Origin: Vicinamibacterales bacterium
GTDB taxonomy: Bacteria > Acidobacteriota > Vicinamibacteria > Vicinamibacterales > UBA2999
Length of the DNA stretch: 64,000 bases
Direction of reading: 5' to 3'
NCBI GenBank assembly: GCA_050250645.1
Contig: JBFWOG010000006.1
Coordinates: 34,387-98,386, forward strand
Notes under the pieces: generated by a model
What the model was told of the DNA's origin: nothing
Seen by the model: only the letters and a program-made list of their open reading frames with translations
Databases searched by the model: none
Translations under genes and position numbers: made by a program
In this document: positions 9,004 through 17,449 of the stretch, one piece after another
Layout of the letters: every line of letters starts with the position of its first letter
How positions within the stretch are numbered: the first letter of the stretch is position 1

Positions 9004-10248
9004 GTGAAAACGAAGCTCACCACTGAAACGATCCGCGACCTGACGCGCACCCCACCCGCCAAGACGCTCGACGTCTACGACACCCAGCAGGCCGGGCTCG
9101 TCATGCGCATCCGTCCGTCCGGCGCCTACAGCTACCGGACCCTGCTCGGGCGTGGACGCTGGCATACGCTCGGCGGGTCCGAGTTGAAACTGGCCGAGGC
9201 GCGCGAACTGGCCCGCGGCGTTCAGGGGGAGGTCTCGAAGGCGCGCGCCCTCGGCCAAGACGATCCCGTGCAGGCCCGGAAGGCCGACCAGGCCGCGCTC
9301 ACGCTCACGGGCTACTTTGAGGAGCACTTCGAGCCGTGGGCCACCGAGAACCGGCGTTCGGGCGCCTCGATGGCCGGGAGCATTCGGGCCGTGCTGCTGC
9401 CGGCGTTCGGGCACCTGAAGCTGGCGGCCATCACGCCGTTTGCGGTGGAGCGGTGGCGGACGGCACGGCTCAAGGCCGGCGTGAGCCCCAGCACCATCAA
9501 TCGCAACCTCGACGACCTCAAGGCGATGCTCTCCCGGGCCGTGACCTGGAAGCTGATCCCAGCGCATCCGATTGCCAGCGTGCGCCGGTTGCGTATCGAC
9601 CGGGCCGCGACGGTCCGGTATCTGACTCCCGCCGAAGAGGCCCGGCTCCTGGCGGCGCTCAAGGCCCGCGACGACGCCCGGCGAGCCGAGCGCGAGGCGT
9701 CCAACGCCTGGCGCCGGGCGCGTGGGTACGCCGAGTGGCCGGAGTTCGGCACCTACACCGACGCGTTGACGCCGGTCGTGACCCTGGCCCTCCACACCGG
9801 CCTGCGGCGCGGAGAACTATTCTCGCTGTGCTGGCGCGACGTGAACCTCGACGCCGCCATGCTGACGGTGCAGGGCGCCACGGCGAAGAGCGCGCAGACC
9901 CGGCACGTCCCGCTGAACGACACCGCCACGACGGTGCTCACGGCGTGGAAGCCATCCGGCGCCGCGCCCGGCGATCTGGTCTTCCCGTCCCCCGCCACGG
10001 GCGACCGGTTCGTGACCTTGAAAACCTCCTGGAGCGGGTTGCTCAAGGCCGCGACGATCACGGCGTTCCGGTTTCACGATTGCCGGCACACGTTCGCGTC
10101 CAAGCTCGTCATGGGCGGGGTGGACCTGAACACCGTCCGGGAGCTGCTCGGGCACAGCGATCTCAAGATGACGCTCCGGTACGCGCACCTGGCGCCGGAG
10201 CACAAGGCCGCGGCCGTCGCGGTGTTGGTGGTGTCCAGTGGCACATAG
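9004..10248 (+). CDS. Tyrosine recombinase / phage integrase, P4-type with an N-terminal arm-DNA-binding domain
   Basis: The N-terminus reads KLTTETIRDL...LDVYDTQQAGLVMRIRPSGAYSYR...LKLAEARELA. The C-terminus reads HDCRHTFASKLV...LLGHSDLKMTLRYAHL (R/HxxR/Y catalytic pattern). A GTG at 9004 is preceded by GGAGACGG; the ORF is open from 8869. Confidence 0.9.
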   Translation: MKTKLTTETIRDLTRTPPAKTLDVYDTQQAGLVMRIRPSGAYSYRTLLGRGRWHTLGGSELKLAEARELARGVQGEVSKARALGQDDPVQARKADQAALTLTGYFEEHFEPWATENRRSGASMAGSIRAVLLPAFGHLKLAAITPFAVERWRTARLKAGVSPSTINRNLDDLKAMLSRAVTWKLIPAHPIASVRRLRIDRAATVRYLTPAEEARLLAALKARDDARRAEREASNAWRRARGYAEWPEFGTYTDALTPVVTLALHTGLRRGELFSLCWRDVNLDAAMLTVQGATAKSAQTRHVPLNDTATTVLTAWKPSGAAPGDLVFPSPATGDRFVTLKTSWSGLLKAATITAFRFHDCRHTFASKLVMGGVDLNTVRELLGHSDLKMTLRYAHLAPEHKAAAVAVLVVSSGT

Positions 10249-10855
10249 CCGCCCAGCCCGCGGAATCGGCACAGCTGCGGACGCCGAACGGCTAGCGATT
10301 GCCGCGACGACGTTCACGAACCTGCTGATGAGCGACGCGAGGGTCGTGGCGCACTACCGGTCATGGTTACGCGCGCGCGGACTCGACGCCAGGATTGCGC
10401 GCCTGCGCCAGCAGCCCACGACGGCGGAGGTCGAAGACTTTGGCGCTACGCTCGTGTCCGACCCGCGCGGCGACGTCGAGGCGCTGAACGCCCTGACACG
10501 CGATGAGTTGCGGTTGTCGTTCGACTGGCTGCCGGTGCTGCTGCTCGTGGCCTATCGTACGCAGGCATACAAGGAAGCGCGCGGTGACGCCGAACACACG
10601 GCTGTCGCCTTAGGCATCCGCACGGCGCTGCCACAGGGACGCCGCGCGCGCCATCAGGGCGAGGACATCGCGCGGAACGTGGCGTGGTACTACCGCACGA
10701 AGGTGCAATGTCCCACAGAGAGTGTGCGCGCCATCGCCCTGGAGTACGCCACCGCGTCGGGGCGAGCGAACGACGCCCGATCTGTGATCCAGAACGGCAT
10801 TGGTCAGGCCGCGGCGCTGCTCGATCTCGTCGTCGCGGACATCCACGACGAGTAG
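10238..10855 (+). CDS. Hypothetical protein, possible C-terminal HTH regulator
   Basis: The ORF overlaps the integrase stop. The C-terminal segment SVRAIALEYATASGRANDARSVIQNGIGQAAALL looks HTH-like. The start is uncertain (GTG 10238 or ATG 10328). Confidence 0.45.
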   Translation: MAHSRPARGIGTAADAERLAIAATTFTNLLMSDARVVAHYRSWLRARGLDARIARLRQQPTTAEVEDFGATLVSDPRGDVEALNALTRDELRLSFDWLPVLLLVAYRTQAYKEARGDAEHTAVALGIRTALPQGRRARHQGEDIARNVAWYYRTKVQCPTESVRAIALEYATASGRANDARSVIQNGIGQAAALLDLVVADIHDE

Positions 10856-10894
10856 GCCCAGCTAAGTAGGCACCCCCGCCGCCTAAGTAGGCAC
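10851..10894. promoter_or_regulatory. Three direct copies of AGTAGGC(A/C)C, two of them within CTAAGTAGGCAC; putative operator upstream of the xis-like gene
   Basis: Copies lie at 10851, 10865 and 10886. The 12-mer CTAAGTAGGCAC occurs at 10862-10873 and 10883-10894. The site sits in the 56-bp spacer before the ATG at 10912. Confidence 0.35.
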
Positions 10895-10911
10895 TACTCG
10901 GCCCGTCGGCT

Positions 10912-11154
10912 ATGTCGCACCATCGCGATATGGCTGAGCACACCACACTGTCCACGACGACCACCCTCGCCGAGCCCGACGCCGCCCACTACATCGGTTA
11001 TCGGCCGGCGGCCCTCCGGGCCTGGCGGCGCGAGGGGCGCGGCCCGGCGTACGTCCGTCACGGCCGCAGCGTCCGGTATCTCGTGGCGGACCTCGATGCG
11101 TGGCTGGGCGCTCACCGCGTCGAGCCCGCTGCCGAGCGGGGTGCCCGTGGCTGA
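10912..11154 (+). CDS. Excisionase/AlpA-family helix-turn-helix DNA-binding protein
   Basis: LAEPDAAHYIGYRPAALRAWRREGRGPAYVRHGRSVRYLVADLDAWL matches the excisionase-family HTH pattern. Confidence 0.7.
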   Translation: MSHHRDMAEHTTLSTTTTLAEPDAAHYIGYRPAALRAWRREGRGPAYVRHGRSVRYLVADLDAWLGAHRVEPAAERGARG

Positions 11155-12835
11155 CGATCCCGCCGAGCGCGTCAGCCCGCACGACCTCGCGGCCGAGCGC
11201 GCGGTGCTCGGCGCCGTGCTGATCGACGGCGACGTGTACGCGACGGCCTCGGCGATCGTCGAGCCCGAGACGTACTACCGCCGCGCGCACGGCGAGATCT
11301 GGCGGGCGATCGTGGCGCTCCGGACGCGCGGCGAGCCGGCCGATCTGGTGACCGTCTGCGGCGAGCTGGGGCGGGCCGGACTGCTCGAGGACGTCGGCGG
11401 TCCCGCCTACGTCGCGGCGCTGATCGATGGCGTCCCGCGCGCCACGAACGTCGAGTACTACGCCCGTACCGTCCGCGACATGGCGGCGCTCCGTGCCATC
11501 GACGCCGAGGCCGCCGCGATCGTCGCGCAGGTCCACGCGGGCGACGACCCTGCCGAGATCGTCGAGACGGCTGCCGCCCGGCTCGACGGCATCCGGACGC
11601 GTCTGGCGGGAGGCGGACTCACTTCGCGGCGTGCCGTCGCGCTGACTCCTGCCAGCACGATGTCGATCGCAGCCGTGCGTTATCTCTGGAGCCCCATGAT
11701 GTCGCTCGGGGCCTTCGGGCTCTTGGGCGGCCGCGAAGGGATCGGGAAGACGATCCTCGCGTACACGCTCGCGGCGCTCGTGACGCGAGGCCAACTAGTC
11801 GGAGACCTTCAAGGGTATCCGCGCGCCGTCATCATCTCGGCAACCGAGGACTCATGGGAACACACCATCGTGCCGCGTCTAATGGCGGCCGGGGCCGACC
11901 TCGCACTCGTCTACCGGGTCGACGTCCGGCTGGCGTCGGGTGCAGACGGGACACTGAGCCTGCCGCTCGACGTGGCCGAACTGCGGCGGGTGATCGACGA
12001 GGTTGGGGCCGCACTCGTCATCCTCGACCCGCTCCTGTCGCGCCTCGACGCTGCCCTCGACAGCCACAAGGACGCGTCGGCCCGGCTCGCGCTGGAGCCC
12101 CTCGCCCGGCTCGCGTCAGACACCGGCGCCTGTGTGCTCGGCCTCATCCACGTCAATAAGAGCACCTCAAACGACCCGCTCACGATGTTGATGGCGTCGC
12201 GTGCCTTCGCCGCGGTCGCCAGGTTCGTCCTGTTCGCGATGGCCGACCCGAACGACGAGGGCCGCCGGTTGCTCGGGCTCGCCAAGAACAACCTCGGGCG
12301 GTCGGATGTGCCGACCCTGTCCTACCGCATCGTGGGGCACCTGGTCGGCCACAGCGAGACAGGCGACGTCTGGACCGGCAAGCTGGAGTGGCTCGGCGAG
12401 TCAGACCAGAGCATCCGAGACGCGGTTTCGAGCGCCACGGATACCGGCGACCGGACAGCGACAGCCGAAGCCGCGGACTGGCTCGTGGACTTCTTGGGCG
12501 ACAACGGCGGAGCTGCGGACTCTGCCGAGGTCAAGCGCGCAGGGGCCAAGGCCGGGCACTCGGCGGACGCCCTGAAGCGAGCCAGGCAGCGCTTGCGCAT
12601 CACCGCGTTGTCCGTAGGCTTTCCTCGGCGCACCGTCTGGAAGCTGTCGGAGCAGCAGTCAGAGCAGCCCGCTCACCAGTCTCCGCCCACTGCACCCACT
12701 GCGCCAACTGGAGACATCTCTAAAGAACTAACTAACTATTCAGTGGGAGCAGTCGGTGCAGTCGGTGCAGTCGGCGGAGACGTGAAGGCTGCTGCGCCCA
12801 CTGGCCGGGAGGACTGTGATGCACACCGAGTCTGA
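11141..12835 (+). CDS. Replication protein: DnaB-helicase N-terminal domain fused to a RecA-like P-loop ATPase (AAA_25/RepA-like)
   Basis: The N-terminus reads PHDLAAERAVLGAVLIDGDVY...YRRAHGEIWRAIVALRTRGEPADLVTV...YVAALIDGVP...NVEYYARTV. The Walker A-like motif is LLGGREGIGKT. The GTG start overlaps the xis stop. Confidence 0.7.
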   Translation: MPVADDPAERVSPHDLAAERAVLGAVLIDGDVYATASAIVEPETYYRRAHGEIWRAIVALRTRGEPADLVTVCGELGRAGLLEDVGGPAYVAALIDGVPRATNVEYYARTVRDMAALRAIDAEAAAIVAQVHAGDDPAEIVETAAARLDGIRTRLAGGGLTSRRAVALTPASTMSIAAVRYLWSPMMSLGAFGLLGGREGIGKTILAYTLAALVTRGQLVGDLQGYPRAVIISATEDSWEHTIVPRLMAAGADLALVYRVDVRLASGADGTLSLPLDVAELRRVIDEVGAALVILDPLLSRLDAALDSHKDASARLALEPLARLASDTGACVLGLIHVNKSTSNDPLTMLMASRAFAAVARFVLFAMADPNDEGRRLLGLAKNNLGRSDVPTLSYRIVGHLVGHSETGDVWTGKLEWLGESDQSIRDAVSSATDTGDRTATAEAADWLVDFLGDNGGAADSAEVKRAGAKAGHSADALKRARQRLRITALSVGFPRRTVWKLSEQQSEQPAHQSPPTAPTAPTGDISKELTNYSVGAVGAVGAVGGDVKAAAPTGREDCDAHRV

Positions 12836-13121
12836 GCCCACCCGATTCGTGTGGTTGACCGGCGGCCGGCCGGTCCCGGTCGCGGCCGTCGAGATCGCCC
12901 TCGACCTGGAGCGGCGTGGTATCCGCATGTGGCAGGAAGGCGAGCACCTGCTGTTGCAGGGGCGCGACCTGACCGATGCGGACCTGGACCGGGTCCGGCC
13001 GTGGAAGCCCCACATCCTCGCCATACTGGCCTACACGCCGTCTGACGCGCACCTCTGGGACGGCGGCAGCCGGCGGCCCAGTACGCCAACCGCACCAGCC
13101 ACCACACGGAGAACTCAATGA
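12816..13121 (+). CDS. Hypothetical small protein (TubC-N-like docking motif)
   Basis: AVEIALDLERRGIRMWQEGEHLLLQGRDLTDADLDRVRPWKPHILAIL resembles the short domain common on phage and plasmid replication modules. The ORF overlaps both neighbours. Confidence 0.5.
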   Translation: MMHTESEPTRFVWLTGGRPVPVAAVEIALDLERRGIRMWQEGEHLLLQGRDLTDADLDRVRPWKPHILAILAYTPSDAHLWDGGSRRPSTPTAPATTRRTQ

Positions 13122-13387
13122 CCGCGACCGACGTTGAACTGCCGCCGATTCCCGTGCACGTCGAGGACACCCCGGCCGGTCTGGTGCTCGTGACCGACGA
13201 CGGGATGCGGTTGCCGGCGCTGGACGGACGTGGTACGGCGACGCTCATCATGGCCCTCTTCGCGGGCCTGAACGCGCACGATCCCGTGGCGTTCCGCGAA
13301 ATGATGGACGCCATCGCCGGGGCCATGACACGCCTCGGGGCGGAGGTGGCCGCGCTGGCGAACACGCCGCCTGGGCCCGCGCACTGA
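13118..13387 (+). CDS. Hypothetical protein (89 aa)
   Basis: ATGA overlap with the upstream ORF and coding-like third-position GC; no family recognised. Confidence 0.45.
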   Translation: MTATDVELPPIPVHVEDTPAGLVLVTDDGMRLPALDGRGTATLIMALFAGLNAHDPVAFREMMDAIAGAMTRLGAEVAALANTPPGPAH

Positions 13388-13388
13388 G

Positions 13389-13799
13389 ATGGACGATCGC
13401 GAACGCCTCCGTCGTCTGCGGACCGCCCGGCGTCTCGGGCGCATCCCGCCGGACCTCATGGCCTGGCTCATCACCGTCGCCGAGCGGGTCGTCGAGGGGC
13501 CAACAGACGAACGCTCGACGCCGGCCGAGGACCTCGCGGACCAGCTCGGCGACGAGATCGCGGCCGCGATGGCCCGATGCGGCGCCAGCCAACGGAAGCT
13601 CGGGGCCAACCGGCGGACGCTGGCGCGCGCGCTCGCTGGGGATGATGTCCGCCTCTCGAGCGTGGCCGTGCTGGCTGATCTGCTCGGGTGCGTCGCTGAG
13701 ATCCGGCTCGTGCCTCGGGAGGGCGGCGCGAATACGGCCAGATGTGTCACCACCCCCTGTGACGGCCCGACACTGGACGCAGGGGAGGTACCCACATGA
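13389..13799 (+). CDS. Hypothetical protein with a possible XRE-like HTH
   Basis: Contains GASQRKLGANRRTLARALAGDDVRLSSVAVLADLLG. It begins 1 nt after the previous stop and overlaps the capsid ATG by 4 nt. Confidence 0.5.
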   Translation: MDDRERLRRLRTARRLGRIPPDLMAWLITVAERVVEGPTDERSTPAEDLADQLGDEIAAAMARCGASQRKLGANRRTLARALAGDDVRLSSVAVLADLLGCVAEIRLVPREGGANTARCVTTPCDGPTLDAGEVPT

Positions 13800-15124
13800 A
13801 TTCGCTCAAGCAGCAACTTCGCGCCGACCTTCTGGCGGAGGTCGACGGGCTTCAGGAGCCCGGCACACGGAAATTCAGGGACCCGGAGCGCGTCGACCAC
13901 CTGCTCACGCTCGTGGAGGCCCTGGACGGCCGCCAGGGGGCCAGCGAGCAGGCTCGCGCCGAGGTTCTCGACATGCTGGCCACCCGCAGCGACGCCGTCG
14001 GTATCGACTCGAAGCATGCGGGCGGCCCGGCCGGCCGTGGCGGGTCGCACGAGACCATTCCGCTGATGGCCGAAGCCATCGCGCACCGGTACACCGGCGG
14101 AACGCTCAGCGACGCCGCGCGGCCGTACCGCAACCTCCGGCTGGCGGACATGGCGCGGCATCTCCTCGAAGCGCGGGGCATCCATGCCCGGCACGAGAGC
14201 GACCTGTGGGTCGTGCAGCGCACCTTCGCGGGGCACACGACGAGCGACTTCCCGTCGCTGCTCACCGAGACCGGAAACCGCGTGCTCCGGCAGGCGTACG
14301 ATGCGGCGCAGTCCGGCGTGCGGGCCATCGCGCGGCAGACGACGGCGCGGGACTTCCGGCCGCTCAACAAGCTGAGCCTCTCCGCGGCGCCCGGCCTCCT
14401 GAAGGTGAACGAACACGCTGAGATCACCCGGGGCACGATGGCCGCGACCAAGGAGTCGTACTCGCTCGAGACGTACGCCCGCATCTTCGCGCTGTCCCGC
14501 AACGCGATCATCAACGACGACCTCGGCGCGTTCGTGGACTTCACGCGGCGCCAGGGACAGGTGGCCGCCGAACTCGTTGCGTCGAAGCTCGTGGCACTGC
14601 TCACGAGCAACCCGACGATGAGCGACAGCACGGCCCTGTTCCATGCGGACCACGCCAACCTGGGCACCGCGGCAGTCATCAACGTGACCTCGTTGGGCGA
14701 GGCTCTGTCGCTCATGCGCCTGCAGACCGTGGCGATGGATGACGGGACCGGCGGGACGAACGGCACGATGCCGATCAACGCCGTCCCGAAGTTCCTGCTC
14801 GTGCCCGCCGCGCTCGAGGTCGTGGCCAAGCAGTACGTGGCGCAGGTCAACGCGACGAAGGCCAGCGACATCAACCCGTTCTCGAGCGAGCTGGAGGTCG
14901 TCGTCGACCCGCGTCTCGACGCGTCCAGCGCGACCGCGTGGTATCTCGCGGCCGACCCGGCCGTGATCGACACACTGGAGTACGCCTACCTGGACGATGC
15001 CCCCGGCCCGCAGTACGCGGCGCGGGAGGGCTTCGACATCATGGGTGTCGAGATGCGCGTGTCGCTCGACTTCGGCTGCGGCGTCCTCGACTGGCGCGGC
15101 CTCGTGAAGAACGCCGGCGCGTAG
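13796..15124 (+). CDS. Phage major capsid protein-like (HK97-fold family, inferred) with an N-terminal extension of about 150 aa
   Basis: The core motifs HTTSDFPSLL...ARDFRPLNKLSL...YSLETYARIFALSRNAIINDDLGAF...ATAWYLAADPAVIDTLEYAYL resemble tailed-phage major head proteins, recognised from memory only. The N-terminal part is helical and charged. Confidence 0.65.
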   Translation: MNSLKQQLRADLLAEVDGLQEPGTRKFRDPERVDHLLTLVEALDGRQGASEQARAEVLDMLATRSDAVGIDSKHAGGPAGRGGSHETIPLMAEAIAHRYTGGTLSDAARPYRNLRLADMARHLLEARGIHARHESDLWVVQRTFAGHTTSDFPSLLTETGNRVLRQAYDAAQSGVRAIARQTTARDFRPLNKLSLSAAPGLLKVNEHAEITRGTMAATKESYSLETYARIFALSRNAIINDDLGAFVDFTRRQGQVAAELVASKLVALLTSNPTMSDSTALFHADHANLGTAAVINVTSLGEALSLMRLQTVAMDDGTGGTNGTMPINAVPKFLLVPAALEVVAKQYVAQVNATKASDINPFSSELEVVVDPRLDASSATAWYLAADPAVIDTLEYAYLDDAPGPQYAAREGFDIMGVEMRVSLDFGCGVLDWRGLVKNAGA

Positions 15125-15139
15125 ACGCCGACGCGAAGC

Positions 15140-15161
15140 CTGGGCGTTGCCACACGCCCAG
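15140..15161 (+). terminator. Hairpin after the capsid gene (CTGGGCGT-TGCCAC-ACGCCCAG)
   Basis: A perfect 8-bp stem lies 16 nt after the stop codon. It has no clear U-tract. Confidence 0.35.
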
Positions 15162-15327
15162 CGTTGGATGGACGTCGGGCGTTTCTCCGGCGTCCGGCGT
15201 CCACCAACACCGTAGCAGCTGGAACCTGGGCCCCGCCCCCCGGGGGCCTTAGGTTCTTCCGGACGCCATCCCGAAGCGGGGGGACGGGCGCAGAAACGCG
15301 CCAGATTCCAAACGGCCCAGAGGGCTA

Positions 15328-15861
15328 TTGGCTACGGAGATCATGACAGAACGACAACTCCTGACACGTCTCGAGCTCGCCGAGGCCCTGAAGGGCGAAC
15401 TGCCGACGGGCCCCCACCCGGTCAGCATCTCGAAGTGGGTCCAACAGGGGATGCCCGTCGCCGAGCGCGGCAGAGGCGGCCGGCCGTCCCGCTACGTGCT
15501 GGCAGATGTTCGCGCATGGTTGCAGCGGCGGGCGCAGGCGGCAGCTGGCGGCGCGGCGACCGACGTCGCCCAGGAGCGAGCGCGGTACTTCCGCCTGCAA
15601 GCGGACAAGACAGACCTCGATGTCCGGAAGCGACAAGGCGAACTTGTGGATGTCCGCGAGGTCGAAGAGCGGTGGGCCGCGATCGTCGCGGCCGTCCGGG
15701 AGCGCATCTTGTCGTTGCCGAGTGCCGCGCTGCAGCAGGGGATCATCCCGCCGGAGCGCGAGGACGCACTGGTCGTGCTGTGCGATGAGGCGCTGACGGA
15801 CCTGGCGGCGCGCGGGCGACACGGCGTTGCGGCGAGCGCCCCGGTGACGTCGCTCCGGTAA
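15328..15861 (+). CDS. Terminase small subunit, Nu1-like (N-terminal HTH)
   Basis: LTRLELAEAL...VSISKWVQQGMPVAERGRGGRPSRYVLADVRAWL...ERARYFRLQADKTDLDVRKRQGELVDV is the Nu1/Terminase_5 pattern. The start is TTG 15328 or ATG 15343. Confidence 0.7.
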   Translation: MATEIMTERQLLTRLELAEALKGELPTGPHPVSISKWVQQGMPVAERGRGGRPSRYVLADVRAWLQRRAQAAAGGAATDVAQERARYFRLQADKTDLDVRKRQGELVDVREVEERWAAIVAAVRERILSLPSAALQQGIIPPEREDALVVLCDEALTDLAARGRHGVAASAPVTSLR

Positions 15862-15949
15862 GGGGGGCGAGGGCTTCGCCGAGCGCCGCGCCCCCCAACG
15901 GGACGAGGGACCCTGGCGAGCCTCGCCACACCAATGCGGGGGGCGCGGC

Positions 15950-16438
15950 TCAGAGACCGCCGCGGCCCGCTTTCCGGGCCTCATCGTCCTGGTACTCGAT
16001 CGGCTTGCCGGAGCGCGTCTCGACGACCGTCAGCGAGGTGCGGATGATGGACTTGCCAATCTCGAAGACGGCGGCCTGTTCCTTGCCCGCGGCATCGGTG
16101 AACGAGATCGTCAAGAAGTGCTTGCGCTTCTTGGAGAAGAGCGCCCAGGGGGTCACGAGCAACGCCACGGCGACGCGGCGACCAGCCTTCTGGCCGTACT
16201 CCAGCCCCGTGATCGACGCGTACGGGATGCTGACCGGCTCGCCTTTCTTCTTGTCGGGCGTGAAGACGAGCGCGTTCTCGTCGCGGGTGTCGAATACGCC
16301 CTCCACGCGTTCGCCTAGGCCACTGAGGGTTCCGCCGACGTACTCGGCCTTCTTGCTGCCGACGGCAAGTCCGGTGAGCGGGCTGAGTAGAGCGAGAACG
16401 AGAACCGATGCGGTCAGACGGCGGGCAGGGGAAGACAT
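15950..16438 (-). CDS. Secreted or membrane-associated hypothetical protein (163 aa), counter-oriented cargo gene
   Basis: It has the signal peptide MSSPARRLTASVLVLALLSPLTGLAVG. The ATG at 16438 was chosen over the longer track ORF. It is the only minus-strand gene in the element. Confidence 0.6.
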   Translation of the reverse strand: MSSPARRLTASVLVLALLSPLTGLAVGSKKAEYVGGTLSGLGERVEGVFDTRDENALVFTPDKKKGEPVSIPYASITGLEYGQKAGRRVAVALLVTPWALFSKKRKHFLTISFTDAAGKEQAAVFEIGKSIIRTSLTVVETRSGKPIEYQDDEARKAGRGGL

Positions 16439-16571
16439 CGTCGCAGCTCCTTCAGGTAGGGGCGCGCCGCCGGGGGGAAGGCGGTCACGGCGCGACGTGC
16501 GGCTGGAGTCTACGGCAGGCGGGGCGCGACGGCAAGTTGTCGCCGCTTCGATACGCGCCGCGCGTTCGCGC

Positions 16572-16600
16572 TTGACTCCCGCGAGAGGCGGGCGTAGAAA
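16572..16600 (+). promoter_or_regulatory. Candidate sigma70-like promoter: TTGACT, a 17-nt spacer, then TAGAAA
   Basis: Read directly in the divergent spacer 16439-16726. The spacer contains CCCGC..GCGGG. This is a weak call. Confidence 0.3.
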
Positions 16601-16726
16601 GACAGGGACCGGCAGGAGCGCTAACTCCTGGCCGGCCCCCTGACCATCGAACCATGCAGCGGTTCGACGGCTGCCCCGCATTTTACGGCATCCGCCGCGC
16701 CGTTGCCTTCCGCCTGAGGAGGCAAC

Positions 16727-17290
16727 ATGTCACGCAAGCAGACCCACGCGAAGTCCCGGACCTCGTCATCGTTCACGCCGGAGGCCTTGGCATTCCTTGA
16801 AGGTCTCGACGTGCCTGCCCAAGCCCTGTTGCTCGAGCTGGCGGGCGGGTTTCAGCGAACCCCGGAGCCGGCGCCCGTGGACCACCTGATGACCGCGGCG
16901 CAGTTGGCCGTTCACAAGCGCCGCTACGACCGCGTGGTGCAGATCGAGCAGCAGGACGAGCGCGAGGCCCTCCAGCGCGAGATCGACGCGCTGCGCTTTC
17001 CGACGCTGGAGGAGCGGGTCGGGTCCGCCCGCCGGGCGCTGCTGCTGATCCACGCGGCGTTGTCGTGCGATCAGAATGCGCGCGAGGAGGAGGCGATCGA
17101 CGCGGCCGCGCGCCTGGCGCGCGATGCGGCCGACGAGCTGTTCTGGATTGAGCGGCAGCCGGCGGAGCTGTTGTCCCAGCCGGTGCCCGACAGCGATGGC
17201 GCCCGGGAGCTGGAGCAGCTACGCGAGCAGTTGGCCACCCTCGAAGCGCAGACGGATGCCGCCGGGGCGGACGCGCGGGGGGCCCGATGA
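16727..17290 (+). CDS. Hypothetical acidic, helical protein (187 aa)
   Basis: The ORF is preceded by GAGGAGG and has good third-position GC; no family recognised. Confidence 0.5.
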   Translation: MSRKQTHAKSRTSSSFTPEALAFLEGLDVPAQALLLELAGGFQRTPEPAPVDHLMTAAQLAVHKRRYDRVVQIEQQDEREALQREIDALRFPTLEERVGSARRALLLIHAALSCDQNAREEEAIDAAARLARDAADELFWIERQPAELLSQPVPDSDGARELEQLREQLATLEAQTDAAGADARGAR

Positions 17291-17434
17291 GCGCGCCCGT
17301 CCTGACGTTCCAGCGGCGCGAGGCGCCCGCACCGGCGCCCGCCAAGCCGTTGCCGGACTCGGCCGTCCGGACACTCGCCAGCCTGCTCCATCTCTACTCC
17401 ACGCGACCGGCAGCGGCCGACAAGGTCGAATCGG
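17287..17434 (+). CDS. Hypothetical ORF fragment (frame 1); coding signal stops near 17434 without an in-frame stop
   Basis: ATGA coupling to the previous gene. Third-position GC is high up to about 17433 and then collapses, and the frame stays open to 17793. Confidence 0.3.
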
Positions 17435-17449
17435 TTGATTCAACTGGTC

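Noticed and set aside
13796-15124. An encapsulin nanocompartment shell protein, as an alternative reading of the capsid-like gene.
   Set aside because: - The context is an att-flanked element with an integrase, an excisionase and a Nu1-like small terminase.
- No cargo protein with a targeting peptide is adjacent.
- Its size (442 aa) and N-terminal extension fit a phage MCP with a scaffold-like domain better.
- It cannot be fully excluded without structure searches.
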